Shown here: positions 63,990 through 64,000 of the stretch, piece after piece | Numbering within the stretch: position 1 is the stretch's first letter | How the letters are laid out: every line of letters starts with the position of its first letter | From: Tubiluchus corallicola | Lineage: Eukaryota; Animalia; Priapulida | NCBI GenBank assembly: GCA_030141605.1 | Contig: JAQGDQ010000032.1 | Span: 882,056 to 946,055 of the forward strand | Direction of reading: 5' to 3' | DNA: 64,000 nucleotides | Translations under genes and position numbers: made by a program | The notes under the pieces: model-generated | The model's database searches: none | The model's input: only the letters and a program-made list of their open reading frames with translations | What the model was told of the DNA's origin: nothing

Positions 63990-64000
63990 GTCACTGTCTT

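Overview
AT-rich, intron-dense invertebrate animal genomic DNA, not prokaryotic; the taxon cannot be fixed from sequence alone. I reconstructed three protein-coding genes by hand from GT-AG splice sites and reading-frame continuity. (1) A + strand Dscam with 37 coding exons (6182-34964), architecture 9Ig-4FN3-Ig-2FN3-TM-tail, about 2057 aa; its signal-peptide exon was not located. It has no tandem alternative-exon arrays and its tail carries vertebrate-DSCAM-like motifs, ending SYTIV*. (2) A + strand CLCA-family zinc metalloprotease/VWA gene with 17 exons (36400-56501), 946 aa, with a C-terminal TM anchor. (3) A - strand multi-C2H2 zinc-finger gene with one uninterrupted coding stretch of at least 5.7 kb (58314 to the window edge). 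Introns hold many MITEs, tRNA- and 5S-derived SINE-like elements, microsatellites, a decayed hammerhead-ribozyme motif, a pseudo-copy of part of CLCA exon 4, and an internally deleted LINE with an internal ~1 kb inversion. I see no unambiguous new biological system. The best leads are the ancestral-type Dscam, the inverted LINE with repeat-marked breakpoints, and the tRNA/5S hybrid SINE.
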